DNA of 61,905 nucleotides. Origin: an uncultured Gammaproteobacteria bacterium. GTDB taxonomy: Bacteria; Patescibacteriota; Microgenomatia; Daviesbacterales; UBA10151. Location of the stretch: NCBI GenBank assembly GCA_964551255.1, contig CAZKAW010000002.1, positions 1 through 61,905 on the forward strand, read 5' to 3'. Both the position numbers and the translations under genes were made by a program. Below, piece by piece: positions 9,146-18,753 of the stretch (within the stretch, counting starts at the first letter, position 1; each line of letters starts with the position of its first letter). A model generated the notes under the pieces. It was not told the DNA's origin. It was given only the letters and a program-made list of their open reading frames with translations, and made no database searches.

Positions 9146-10294
9146 CTAGCGGTTTGAGCGAAGGAATGCGGGGATCTCTAGGTCTTCATCTTCCTCTGTT
9201 TCTCTTTCCTCTATCGGCGGTTCAACTGTCTGAGGGGGACTTTCATCTACCACTGTTTGGTCAGAAGCCCAAGATTGGGGCTGGGTACCTAAGGAGGCTG
9301 ATCCTATTCCAGTACCAATATACTCTCTAAGCCTCCTCCTGCTTTCATCAAATCCTGTAGCTATAACTGAAATCTTCACCTGATCCAGCTGATCTTCTTT
9401 TATGGTAGCACCAAAAATAATATTGGCATCGGGGTCTGCAGCCTGAGCAATAATTTGGGCTGCCTCATTTACTTCTGTCATGGACAAATCAGATCCACCC
9501 ACGATATTAAACAACACTCCTTTGGCCCCCTCAATTGATATTTCCAAAAGAGGTGAGGCAATAGCCATTCTGGCTGCCGCAGCTGCTCTGTTTTCTCCCC
9601 CTGCCACCCCAATCCCCATCAAAGCGGAGCCTGCATTAGACATAATGGTTTTAACATCGGCAAAATCCACATTAATAAGTCCCGGCATGGTAATTAAATC
9701 TGAAATACCTTGGACGCCTTGGCCTAACACTGAATCTGCCAGTTTAAACGCTTCCTGCAAAGTCATGTTTTTTTCCACTGTTTCCAAAAGTCTTTGGTTG
9801 GGGATAGTAATTAAAGCGTCAACTTTATCCTTTAGTTTTTCTACCCCTTCTTCTGCTACCACCATTCTTCTGGTACCCTCAAAAGCAAAGGGCTTGGTGA
9901 CAACTGCCACGGTTAAAGCTCCAATATTTTTGGCAATTTGAGCTACAATCGGAATAGACCCGGTACCGGTTCCTCCTCCCATTCCCGCTGTTAAAAAAAC
10001 CATATCTGCATCCTGAAGCACGTCCTCCAACTTTTGGGTGGATTCTTCTGCCGCCTGTCTGCCCACTTCCGGATCCCCTCCCGAACCCAAACCCCGGGTT
10101 AAAGTTTCTCCAATTTGGACTTTGGTGGGAGATTGGTTACTCATTAAAGCTTGAGCATCAGTATTAACTGCCACAAATTCCACCCCTTGAATTTGTTGTA
10201 AGGAAATCATGGAGTTTAAGGAGTTTGAACCGCCACCGCCAAGGCCCATTACTTTGATCTTGGCAAATCTTTGAACATCGGGTTTAATTAACAT
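9146..10294 (-). CDS. ftsZ: cell division GTPase FtsZ
   Basis: Contains GLGGGGSN, the tubulin signature GGGTGTGS and the conserved C-terminal peptide DLEIPAFLR. Confidence 0.97.
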   Translation of the reverse strand: MLIKPDVQRFAKIKVMGLGGGGSNSLNSMISLQQIQGVEFVAVNTDAQALMSNQSPTKVQIGETLTRGLGSGGDPEVGRQAAEESTQKLEDVLQDADMVFLTAGMGGGTGTGSIPIVAQIAKNIGALTVAVVTKPFAFEGTRRMVVAEEGVEKLKDKVDALITIPNQRLLETVEKNMTLQEAFKLADSVLGQGVQGISDLITMPGLINVDFADVKTIMSNAGSALMGIGVAGGENRAAAAARMAIASPLLEISIEGAKGVLFNIVGGSDLSMTEVNEAAQIIAQAADPDANIIFGATIKEDQLDQVKISVIATGFDESRRRLREYIGTGIGSASLGTQPQSWASDQTVVDESPPQTVEPPIEERETEEDEDLEIPAFLRSNR

Positions 10295-10357
10295 AGTCTC
10301 TTTAGGGCAGAATATAGCAGATTTTTACTCAAAATAGCAATACCCCCTTAGCCTAGC

Positions 10358-11665
10358 CTAAGGCAAAAATGATTTTATCAGGGATATCCCTTTTTGAATC
10401 ATTCCCTTAATAGGTATATTTGCAGATAATACAGGCAGGTGAATCTCTCCACCGGACCCCTTAGCCGATCCATATAATATTAATCCCGCAGCAGAAGCAA
10501 AGGATGGAGAGTCAATCTCTTCCACTAAACCGGATAAACCTTCTATCTGGCCGAGTCTTGCCGGAAAACCTAAGACATATTTCGCCTGATCCAGTACTCC
10601 AATAGTTTGAGCGCCGCCTCCACAAACCACCAGTCCGGAAGGGATTTGAGTCCCAAAGCCACTCTTTTTAATTTCTTTACCTACAAACTTAAATATTTCC
10701 TGAAGCCGGGGCCTGATGATACCGTCCACTACACTCTTTTTGGAAATTTTTTGGATATCCTCTTCAATAGCTAAAGATTTAATATCCAAAACTTCCTCCT
10801 CCTTCTTTTTGGCAGTTGACCTAGTGTTCTCTTCAATCCCTTGTGCTAACGCAGGCGTTTTAATCACTTTGCCTAAAGACAGTTTGATCTTTTCAGCTGA
10901 CTCCAAAGAAACCCGTAGCCCCACCGCCATGTCAGAAGTAATATGGCGTGCCCCGATAGGAATAACCGAAGAATAAGCCACAGAACCGTCTATGAAAATT
11001 ACCACCTCGGTGGTTTCTCCGCCAATATCTACCAATACTACCCCCAATTCCTTTTCAGTATCGGTTAATGTTGCTAGAGACGCGGCAATGCCCGAAAAAA
11101 CCAATTCAGTCACATCAATTCCTACCTCTGAGACACATTTGACCAAATTTTTCATCGAGGTGGTGGAGCCGGTAATAATGTGTGTTTCTGTTTCTAACCT
11201 TACTCCCGTCATGCCAATCGGATCTTTGATTCCTTCTTGTCCGTCGACCGTGAAAGTTCTGGGAATTACATGAAGGATTTCCCGAGAAGAAGGCAAAGGA
11301 ATGGCCCGGGCTGCGTCATTTACCCTTTGGATATCACTCATTTTTATTTCCCCTTCGGGCTCTGACACGGCCACTACCGCATGTTGATTGATGCTTTCAA
11401 TTTGCGGTCCACCCAGTGAGACAAAACTTGAGGATATAGAGTAGCCTGCCATTCTTTCAGCCGCTTCCACTGATTCGGTAATGGCTTTGACTGCCTCATC
11501 AATATCTACCACCTGATTTTTTCTGACTCCTCTTGACGGTGTAGATGAAACACCAATCAAATTTATCTTTCCTCCACCGGGGGCGGCTTCGTCCACTGAA
11601 GCAATCAGGGTGGCAATTTTTGAAGAGCCAACATCTATTCCGCAAATAATTTTGTCTTTAGCCAT
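10358..11665 (-). CDS. ftsA: cell division protein FtsA
   Basis: Actin-fold motifs GIDVGSSKI, VLVDIGGETTE and VVCGGGAQ are present. It lies directly upstream of ftsZ. Confidence 0.9.
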   Translation of the reverse strand: MAKDKIICGIDVGSSKIATLIASVDEAAPGGGKINLIGVSSTPSRGVRKNQVVDIDEAVKAITESVEAAERMAGYSISSSFVSLGGPQIESINQHAVVAVSEPEGEIKMSDIQRVNDAARAIPLPSSREILHVIPRTFTVDGQEGIKDPIGMTGVRLETETHIITGSTTSMKNLVKCVSEVGIDVTELVFSGIAASLATLTDTEKELGVVLVDIGGETTEVVIFIDGSVAYSSVIPIGARHITSDMAVGLRVSLESAEKIKLSLGKVIKTPALAQGIEENTRSTAKKKEEEVLDIKSLAIEEDIQKISKKSVVDGIIRPRLQEIFKFVGKEIKKSGFGTQIPSGLVVCGGGAQTIGVLDQAKYVLGFPARLGQIEGLSGLVEEIDSPSFASAAGLILYGSAKGSGGEIHLPVLSANIPIKGMIQKGISLIKSFLP

Positions 11666-11668
11666 AAA

Positions 11669-12457
11669 CTATCTCTTTTTGGGGGCAAATTTGGCGACGG
11701 GTTTATCAAATCGCAAATCGATAAAATCCATATTTACATCGTCTATTTTAGCTTTGTTTAGAATCAATTGTAAAGATGCAATTTGGGTATCAATGGACCG
11801 ACTCAAATTTATGATCACCTTCGGAGTCCCGTCAATAACTAAAAAATTATCTATCAAAGTCATTCCAGAAGGATTTATCCCCATTCTTTTTAACCCGGAA
11901 AGTGTTTTTAATGAACTTATTATAAAATCATTAACTTTCATACCAAGTGACAAGTTTCCGTTTACAACGTTGATTTTGGTAATATCCATGAAATCTTTGG
12001 AAAAAATTATCCCTTCATCATCTACTAAAAAAGTCTCCCCAAATTGTTGCGCCGACGGAGTGGCTGTGGCGTCTATTAAAGAGGAGGCACTGGCTTCCCA
12101 ATTTAACAAAACGAGTTTAGCCACTGCTTCCCGACCTTTTACATCTATTTTTATACTGTCAGGAATATTTCTAGAAATGTTGATATTTTTAATACAGAAA
12201 AAATTATCTTTTAAAAATTTTTCTAAGTATTTTTTATTGATAAAAAAAATGTTTTGTCCCCAAATTTTAGATGAATCTTTAATTTGTTCGGATGTGGTGC
12301 AGTTTATCTTATCCATTAAAATTTGGATATTTTTGACTGAAAAAAAGCCGGATTTCCAAAAAAATAGTAAAGTAAACAGTAAAAAAGTAACAAAACCACC
12401 CAAGATAAAAAGTAACCTGGATTTTTTTTTCTTGTGTTTAAACCTTCGTAGTTTCAT
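11669..12457 (-). CDS. ftsQ: cell division protein FtsQ/DivIB (POTRA)
   Basis: Basic N-terminus, a single TM helix and a POTRA-like segment (VKNIQI...ISRNIPDSIKIDVKGREAVA). It sits between murG and ftsA. Confidence 0.7.
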   Translation of the reverse strand: MKLRRFKHKKKKSRLLFILGGFVTFLLFTLLFFWKSGFFSVKNIQILMDKINCTTSEQIKDSSKIWGQNIFFINKKYLEKFLKDNFFCIKNINISRNIPDSIKIDVKGREAVAKLVLLNWEASASSLIDATATPSAQQFGETFLVDDEGIIFSKDFMDITKINVVNGNLSLGMKVNDFIISSLKTLSGLKRMGINPSGMTLIDNFLVIDGTPKVIINLSRSIDTQIASLQLILNKAKIDDVNMDFIDLRFDKPVAKFAPKKR

Positions 12458-13592
12458 ATAACAATACCGTCTCCAAAGCTAGTCTTTTGGCAGCATCGGG
12501 GATTACTATTTTTCTGGCTGTTATTGCTGACTTTTTCCACTGCTCTAAATTTTTTAACATATCTGTTATATTTTCCAATAAAACTCTACTTGAAAGTTTA
12601 GACTGAGAGAGGGTTTTCACCAGACCTAAGTTTTGGAATAGGTGAGCGTTTTGATTTTGTTCATCCTGATAAAGGTAAGGAAGAGGAATTACCAAAGCAG
12701 GCTTACCAATCCAGGCCAGTTCCGTCAAAGTATTTATTCCTGCCCGGGATATTGCCAAGTCTATTTTGTGTAAAATCCTTCCCCACTCCTGCCCAATCCA
12801 TTTCATTACTACATATCTTCCTTCAAATTCTCCTAATCCTTTTAATTTTTCAAAATCATTAAACTTATTATCCCCGGTGACGTGAATAATACAAGCAATA
12901 TTAATAAGTTTAGCCAGACAACTTTTTACTGCCATATTAATTGTGTGAGACCCCTGGTTTCCCCCGGTGATTAGAACTACCGGTAGTTTTTCTTTACGCG
13001 CCACATTAAAAATTCTCGTGTGCCAATCTAATTCACCTTCCAGGTGGTCTAGCTTGGCACCTTCGAGAACGTCTCTACGTATCGGATTACCGGTTATAAT
13101 CATAGGCTTATCATAGGATTGATTTCCCTTAAAAGATAATGCAATTTTGTCAGCAAAGAAAGCGCTTATTCTATTTGCTAATCCGGAAACTAAAGTTTGC
13201 TCATGAACCATAATAGGTATTGAAAATAACCATCCGGCAAATACTACCGGAACCGCCACGTATCCTCCAAAAGATAATATAACATCAGGTTTTTGAGAAA
13301 AAATAATATGCAAAGACTGCAAAAAACCTATGGGAATTTTTAAAAGTGAGGGGATAGTATAGATGGTAAAAGACCTTTGTAGTCTGCCTGCAGTTATGGG
13401 GATAAATTTTGTTCCAAGTTTTGGTAAGATTTGTGATTCTTGAGAAGGAGATTTGTCTCCTTCCAGAGTAGTTTTCCTGCCAACATAAATAATTTCGGTA
13501 CCTTTATATTTTTTTAACTGCTCAATTGTGGCAACAGCCGGAGTAAACTGTGCGCCTGTTATAAGAACCCTCATTAATAAATTATACTTCAA
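12438..13592 (-). CDS. murG: UDP-GlcNAc:lipid I GlcNAc transferase MurG
   Basis: Contains VLITGAQFTPAVA, FGGYVAVPVV and ITGGNQGSHTIN. Its position in the dcw cluster is conserved. Confidence 0.85.
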   Translation of the reverse strand: MKYNLLMRVLITGAQFTPAVATIEQLKKYKGTEIIYVGRKTTLEGDKSPSQESQILPKLGTKFIPITAGRLQRSFTIYTIPSLLKIPIGFLQSLHIIFSQKPDVILSFGGYVAVPVVFAGWLFSIPIMVHEQTLVSGLANRISAFFADKIALSFKGNQSYDKPMIITGNPIRRDVLEGAKLDHLEGELDWHTRIFNVARKEKLPVVLITGGNQGSHTINMAVKSCLAKLINIACIIHVTGDNKFNDFEKLKGLGEFEGRYVVMKWIGQEWGRILHKIDLAISRAGINTLTELAWIGKPALVIPLPYLYQDEQNQNAHLFQNLGLVKTLSQSKLSSRVLLENITDMLKNLEQWKKSAITARKIVIPDAAKRLALETVLLYETTKV

Positions 13593-14713
13593 GAGGAAGC
13601 ATTTTGTTTGGAAATATTAAGTAAAATTCCAACTGCGGTAAGATTAGCAACTAAGGCTGATCCTCCGTATGAAATAAAAGGAAGCGGCACGCCGGTTAAA
13701 GGCAAAAGGGCTATCATGGAGGATAAGTTAACTACTGCTTGAACAGCTAACCAGCTAGTTAATCCTAATGCTAATATTTTTCCAAAATTATCTTCACAAT
13801 TTTGAGCAATTTTAAGTCCCCTTAAGGTAAGGAGTACAAACAAGCCAATCAGAAAGAGAGATCCGGCAAAGCCCAACTCTTCTCCGATTATTCCGAAAAT
13901 TGAATCTGTAGTAACTTGGGGGATATATTCAAACTTTTGTCTGGAATGTCCTAAGCCTAAGCCAAACAAACCTCCGGACCCCAATGCAATCAAAACTTGT
14001 AAAATATGGTAGGTAAATCCTTGGGGATCGGTAAAAGGATCCAAAAAAGCCAGTACTCTTTTACTTCTATAGCTTGAGGTTAAAATCAAGCCAAACAAAG
14101 CGGCTATCCCAAAAGGGAAACTAACTAAAAAGTGCCAAAGTGGAGCGCCGCTGGCAAAGTACATCAAGGTAGCAACAGCCACAAAGACAACAGTTGATCC
14201 TAAATCTTTTTGCAAGACCGCCGTAACTACCGCTACGGCAATAACAAAAATCAAAAACGGAAGTAACCTGGTTTTCTTTTCAAATATGGTAGCCAAATAA
14301 ATAACACCGGTAAGCTTAATGATTTCAGCCGGTTGAGCGGTTATAAACCCCAATTTTAACCACCGATGAGCTCCTCCCCCTGACATCCCGAGTCCGGGAA
14401 TAAAAACCGCCAAAAGCAATAAAAATGAGGATAAAACAGCCACAAAAGAGAAGGATTTAAATTTTTTATAGTCAAACTGAGTAAAGAAAATCATGGAGAG
14501 AAATCCCAATCCCGCCCAAATTAATTGTTGCCTGATGTAATAATAACTGTCCTTAAATTCTTTTAATCCCTGCACTACTGAAGCATCGTAAACCATGATC
14601 AGGCCGAAGATTACTAAAGTTATGACCGCACCAAAGAGATGAAAATCTACACCACTTTTTTGTAATCTGAAAGCGCTTCTTTTTTTTCTCATCTTGACAG
14701 TAGTGCTATCCAA
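13589..14713 (-). CDS. ftsW: SEDS-family lipid II polymerase/flippase-like FtsW
   Basis: SEDS motifs AQPAEIIKL, LQKDLGS, QVTTDSIFG and PFISYGGSA are present. An alternative ATG at 14692 would give an ATGA overlap with the mraY stop. Confidence 0.85.
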   Translation of the reverse strand: MDSTTVKMRKKRSAFRLQKSGVDFHLFGAVITLVIFGLIMVYDASVVQGLKEFKDSYYYIRQQLIWAGLGFLSMIFFTQFDYKKFKSFSFVAVLSSFLLLLAVFIPGLGMSGGGAHRWLKLGFITAQPAEIIKLTGVIYLATIFEKKTRLLPFLIFVIAVAVVTAVLQKDLGSTVVFVAVATLMYFASGAPLWHFLVSFPFGIAALFGLILTSSYRSKRVLAFLDPFTDPQGFTYHILQVLIALGSGGLFGLGLGHSRQKFEYIPQVTTDSIFGIIGEELGFAGSLFLIGLFVLLTLRGLKIAQNCEDNFGKILALGLTSWLAVQAVVNLSSMIALLPLTGVPLPFISYGGSALVANLTAVGILLNISKQNASS

Positions 14714-15696
14714 AGACCGAAAAGAGCAAATAGTCCTTGAGCCAACCAGAACCTGGTAACAATTTTTGGTTCCTCCCAGCCGATATATTTGAAATACATA
14801 TGAATCGGCGCAATAGGCAAAACCTTTTTATGAAAGAAGCGCTTTGAGAGAATTTGTATCAGAGAAGATAAAATGATAATCACAAACATTCCTCCGATAA
14901 TTGGTAAGGCAAAAATTTTTCCGGTTAAAAGCCCGACAACTGCCAAGGTCGCTCCAAAAGCAAAAGAGCCGGCGTCTCCTAAAAAAATTCGGGCCGGCCA
15001 GATATTAAAATACAAAAATGAGAAAAGTGAACCAATCCAGATGCCGATAAAAGAGGCCTGTGTTAAATCAAGTGATCTTGAGGTAAGGGCTAAAAACGCA
15101 AATAAACAAATTAGCAGCAACCCTGCGGAAAGTCCGTCTAACCCGTCGGAAATGTTGTATGCGTTTGCAAAAGAGACAATCATAAATGTAGCAAGCGGAA
15201 TATACCATCCGCCTAGCAGAAAATTTCCCAGACCTGAAATATAAATGTTATTCAGCCCACCGATAAAAAAGAGCATCCCCGAAATAGCCAAAGCTAATAG
15301 CGTCTGAATAAGGAGCATTTTACTTCTGCCTAATCCCAAAAATTTTCCCGCTCTTTTGGTAATAAGAAGCTTAATATCATCAATCAGTCCCAAAAGCCCA
15401 AACGAAATTAAAGTAAACAGTAAAATCTTTAAACTGTTTTTATCTGCAAATGGGACAAATACTTCTAAACCCAAACTCAAAAATATCAAAATTAGAATAA
15501 TTAAAACTCCTCCACCGGAAGGTGTAGTAAGGTCAGCTTTCATAAGCTTATCGTGAATAGGAGTATCTGATTCTTTTGAGGTTTGTAAGTTTTTTTGCAG
15601 CCGGCGTTTAAGATAATAAAGAAAGTCAATAAAGGGCACCATGCAAATCGAAGTGATAGTAAACGACAATAATACTAAACCCAACAGTTGTGTCAT
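14689..15696 (-). CDS. mraY: phospho-N-acetylmuramoyl-pentapeptide transferase MraY
   Basis: Contains LIDDIKL, NAYNISDGLDGLS and GDAGSFAFG, on a polytopic membrane protein. Confidence 0.9.
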   Translation of the reverse strand: MTQLLGLVLLSFTITSICMVPFIDFLYYLKRRLQKNLQTSKESDTPIHDKLMKADLTTPSGGGVLIILILIFLSLGLEVFVPFADKNSLKILLFTLISFGLLGLIDDIKLLITKRAGKFLGLGRSKMLLIQTLLALAISGMLFFIGGLNNIYISGLGNFLLGGWYIPLATFMIVSFANAYNISDGLDGLSAGLLLICLFAFLALTSRSLDLTQASFIGIWIGSLFSFLYFNIWPARIFLGDAGSFAFGATLAVVGLLTGKIFALPIIGGMFVIIILSSLIQILSKRFFHKKVLPIAPIHMYFKYIGWEEPKIVTRFWLAQGLFALFGLWIALLSR

Positions 15697-16889
15697 CTTT
15701 TTGCTATCCTTTTGACTATCTCATCCAGTCTAATGGCCCGGGAACCTTTAATTAAAACTGCATCTCCCTTACTTAAGGTTTTAAGCAGTTTACTCACAAT
15801 TTGACCATTTTGTAAATTAGCCTCTACTCTTTCTTCCCAAAACCCCAAGTCTTTTAACTCGGAAGCTATAATTTGAGCATCACCCTGGCCCAAAAAGACA
15901 AAATCCAACTTCTCCTTAAATATTTTTTGAGCTACTTGGCGATGCAGCATATCAGAATAATTACCAAGCTCCCTCATCTCACCCAAAACTACTATTCTTC
16001 TTCTGGCATTAACTTGCAGCAATGTATCTATGGCTGCTTCTACTGCCTGGGGGGAAGAATTATAAGTATCATCCAAAATAACAGAACCGTTAGGACCGTT
16101 TACCACCTGCATCCGGTGTTCTAACGGCTCAATAGATTCCAGGGCCAGTTTAATTTTAGTTAGTGCAACTTTGTTTATAATCCCTAAAGTAGCTGCAGCC
16201 AAGGCCGGATAAACTTGATGCACCCCAAGTAACTTAAAGTTAACTTTTACTCTTTCTACCCCCAAGTTTAACTCAAAAGTAGTTTTGAAATTTTCTATCT
16301 TAATATTACCTGCCCAAACTGTACAGTTTTGTGGGTCTGTTCCAAAATAAATCACCGAACCCGGGCATTTTTTAACAAGCTGCTTGGAGAAAGGATCATC
16401 AAAATTTAGAATGGCTATCCCGTCTTTATCCAACTGTTCTATCAGCTTCCCTTTTTCTTGAAGTATTTCTTCCAGACTTCCCAAATACTCGCTATGGGCA
16501 AAAGATAGCTTGGTAATAATTACTGTTTTAGGCCTGACTAGAGATAGATAAAAATCCATTTCTCCTTTGTATTCAATCCCCATTTCTAAAATAACCTTTT
16601 TAACGGAAGGTGTTATTTTCAAAATAGTTGAGGGGATATTTAAGATTGGGTCTAAGTTGGGTATGGTAGCTGTTGTTTTAAACTTCTGTGACAAAACAGC
16701 TTTGCAGGCCTCCACGCAAGTCGTTTTCCCTACAGATCCACTTACTCCGATAAAAATTTCCTTCGGATAAAATCGGGCATACTGTCTGGCCAAGTAAATC
16801 CTCAGAAGATGAAAGGGTTTTTTAAAGGGAGGGATTTTAGTTTTATAAGGGGTCACCTGACTCCAAATAGGATGAGAAATAATGTCCAC
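15693..16889 (-). CDS. murF: UDP-MurNAc-tripeptide--D-Ala-D-Ala ligase MurF (short N-terminus)
   Basis: Has the Mur ligase P-loop GVSGSVGKTT, plus DDTYNSSP, VLGEMRELG and KGSRAIRLDEIV. The P-loop starts near residue 50, so most of the usual domain 1 is absent. Confidence 0.75.
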   Translation of the reverse strand: MDIISHPIWSQVTPYKTKIPPFKKPFHLLRIYLARQYARFYPKEIFIGVSGSVGKTTCVEACKAVLSQKFKTTATIPNLDPILNIPSTILKITPSVKKVILEMGIEYKGEMDFYLSLVRPKTVIITKLSFAHSEYLGSLEEILQEKGKLIEQLDKDGIAILNFDDPFSKQLVKKCPGSVIYFGTDPQNCTVWAGNIKIENFKTTFELNLGVERVKVNFKLLGVHQVYPALAAATLGIINKVALTKIKLALESIEPLEHRMQVVNGPNGSVILDDTYNSSPQAVEAAIDTLLQVNARRRIVVLGEMRELGNYSDMLHRQVAQKIFKEKLDFVFLGQGDAQIIASELKDLGFWEERVEANLQNGQIVSKLLKTLSKGDAVLIKGSRAIRLDEIVKRIAKR

Positions 16890-16897
16890 GGAAGCTA

Positions 16898-18166
16898 TTA
16901 TAATACATCCACGTAGTTGATTTCAGCACCAAGTCTTTTTAACTTTCTCACTACATCTTCATATCCTCTCTCAATCAACTCTGCTTGATTAATAACACTT
17001 TTACCTTTGGCTATCAAAGCAGCTAAAACTAAAGCCATTCCCGCTCTAATATCAGGAGTATCGAGTTGATGGGAAGTTAACTTGGAAGCTCCATAAACCA
17101 ACACTTTTTGGGGATTAACCAGATTAATTCTGGCTCCCATTAAAATCAACTTATCCACAAAAAACATCCTGGATTCATACATCCAATCATAACAGAGTGT
17201 TACTCCTTTACTTTGAGTAGCTAAAACTATACCCACACTCATAAGATCAGTGGGGAATCCCGGCCAAATATTTGTCTGAAGCTGTGAAACGGCCTTTAAC
17301 TTATTTACACCAACCTCCATTTGCCTCCCTCTCCTTTTAAATTCCAATCCAAAGCTTTTAAGCGGCAAGATAACCGGATCCAAATTTGTATCATCTAAAT
17401 TAGTAAAAATAATCTTGCCGTAAGTTATAGCAGCTGCCACTGCATAAGTAGCTACCTCAATATAATCAATCCCTATTTTAAATCTGGCTCCATGTAATTT
17501 ATTAACTCCTTTAATGATTAAGGTATCACTGCCAATGCCCTCAATATCGGCACCCATCAACTTAAGTAATTTACAAAGGTCAACCACATGAGGTTCTTTA
17601 GCGCAATTTTTCAGGGTAACTACCTTGTCTAATAAAACAGTGCTCAAAATTAGATTCTCCGTAGCTGTTACGGAAGCCTCATCTAAACATATCTGAAGAA
17701 TTCTTTTTCCAAACCCACCTCTTGAAAGTGTCAAACTATAATCCAACCTAACCTTTTTTATTTTAGCACCTAAGGCCTGAAAACCATTTAGATGTGTATC
17801 AATGCTCCTTTTGCCAATGATGTCCCCGCCCGGATGGTGAAAATTAACCTTGCCAAATCTTCCCAGCAGAGCTCCAGCCAGTACTATCGAGCCTCGTAGT
17901 TTAACTACCAATTCCTTCGGCAAGGTATATTTATTAATTTTGTCGGCTTTAATATAAAAGAGCCCCTTTTCTTTTTTAACTTTAACGCCTAACCTTTTGA
18001 CAATTTGAGTTAAAACTTCTGTATCTTTTAAATTGGGAATATTTTCTAAAATTACTTCTTCATCCGTTAAAAGTGCTGCAGCCATAACAGGAAATACCGA
18101 GTTTTTATTGCCGGATATTCTCATTTCACCCACTAACTTTTTTCTGCCTTCAATAATATATTTCAC
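16898..18166 (-). CDS. murA: UDP-GlcNAc 1-carboxyvinyltransferase MurA (Asp at the fosfomycin-target position)
   Basis: Contains ISGNKNS, LRGSIVLAGALLGR, PGGDIIGKRSIDTH and FPTDLMS. Residue 115 is Asp (codon 17822-17824) rather than Cys. Confidence 0.9.
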   Translation of the reverse strand: MKYIIEGRKKLVGEMRISGNKNSVFPVMAAALLTDEEVILENIPNLKDTEVLTQIVKRLGVKVKKEKGLFYIKADKINKYTLPKELVVKLRGSIVLAGALLGRFGKVNFHHPGGDIIGKRSIDTHLNGFQALGAKIKKVRLDYSLTLSRGGFGKRILQICLDEASVTATENLILSTVLLDKVVTLKNCAKEPHVVDLCKLLKLMGADIEGIGSDTLIIKGVNKLHGARFKIGIDYIEVATYAVAAAITYGKIIFTNLDDTNLDPVILPLKSFGLEFKRRGRQMEVGVNKLKAVSQLQTNIWPGFPTDLMSVGIVLATQSKGVTLCYDWMYESRMFFVDKLILMGARINLVNPQKVLVYGASKLTSHQLDTPDIRAGMALVLAALIAKGKSVINQAELIERGYEDVVRKLKRLGAEINYVDVL

Positions 18167-18167
18167 T

Positions 18168-18752
18168 TTAGGATTTGGCTTTTAAACGGAAAACGGCAGA
18201 TAAAATAATATGTTTTTTAGGATTTAGATTTTGAGCCTGAATCTCCTCTATTTCAGACGACCAATCTAATACTTTAATACTTTTAACTTTGCTTTGCAAA
18301 AATCTACTTAAAAAAAGATTGCCTCCGATGCTGCCGGGGATTTTTGAAAATTCTCTATTTTCCAGCCCTTGTGAATCCAAGTATTCACAAAATTTATTGA
18401 TGCTGACTCCGGATTCTACTTCTATCAAAGCTTCATCTACCCCAATTCCAAATTTGGTCACTTTGCCCTTCACTGAAATAGTTTGAATATTTTTGGTTCT
18501 GTTTTTTATTACCAGTCCTTCAAAACCTGAATCAGAAATCATAATTTTACTGCCGGTGCCGAAAAGGAAAAAAGGCAATTTTAATTCTCTGCACATTTTG
18601 ATGATCTTAATGCATTCTGTGGAGGTAAAGGCGATAAAAAATAATTTGGCAGGACCTCCTGAATTTAAGGTAGTATAATCCTTAATCGGTTCATTAAACT
18701 TAAATCTGTCTCTGCCAAAGGAATCTACAATCAGTTTAAATTTACTATCCAT
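18168..18752 (-). CDS. MurB-like protein, FAD-binding domain only (194 aa)
   Basis: Contains EPIKDYTTLNSGGPAKLF, FGTGSKIMISD and IPGSIGGN, which match the MurB N-terminal FAD domain. The ORF stops 1 nt before murA, so no C-terminal substrate domain is encoded. Confidence 0.6.
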   Translation of the reverse strand: MDSKFKLIVDSFGRDRFKFNEPIKDYTTLNSGGPAKLFFIAFTSTECIKIIKMCRELKLPFFLFGTGSKIMISDSGFEGLVIKNRTKNIQTISVKGKVTKFGIGVDEALIEVESGVSINKFCEYLDSQGLENREFSKIPGSIGGNLFLSRFLQSKVKSIKVLDWSSEIEEIQAQNLNPKKHIILSAVFRLKAKS

Positions 18753-18753
18753 A

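Noticed and set aside
11610-12461. 283-codon plus-strand ORF exactly antisense to ftsQ. Similar antisense ORFs occur at 9480..9941 (ftsZ), 19787..20467 (murE/ftsI) and 22444..22887 (rsmH).
   Set aside because: The translations are low-complexity with no motifs. The opposite strands carry strongly supported conserved genes. These are classic shadow ORFs generated by the codon structure of the real gene.
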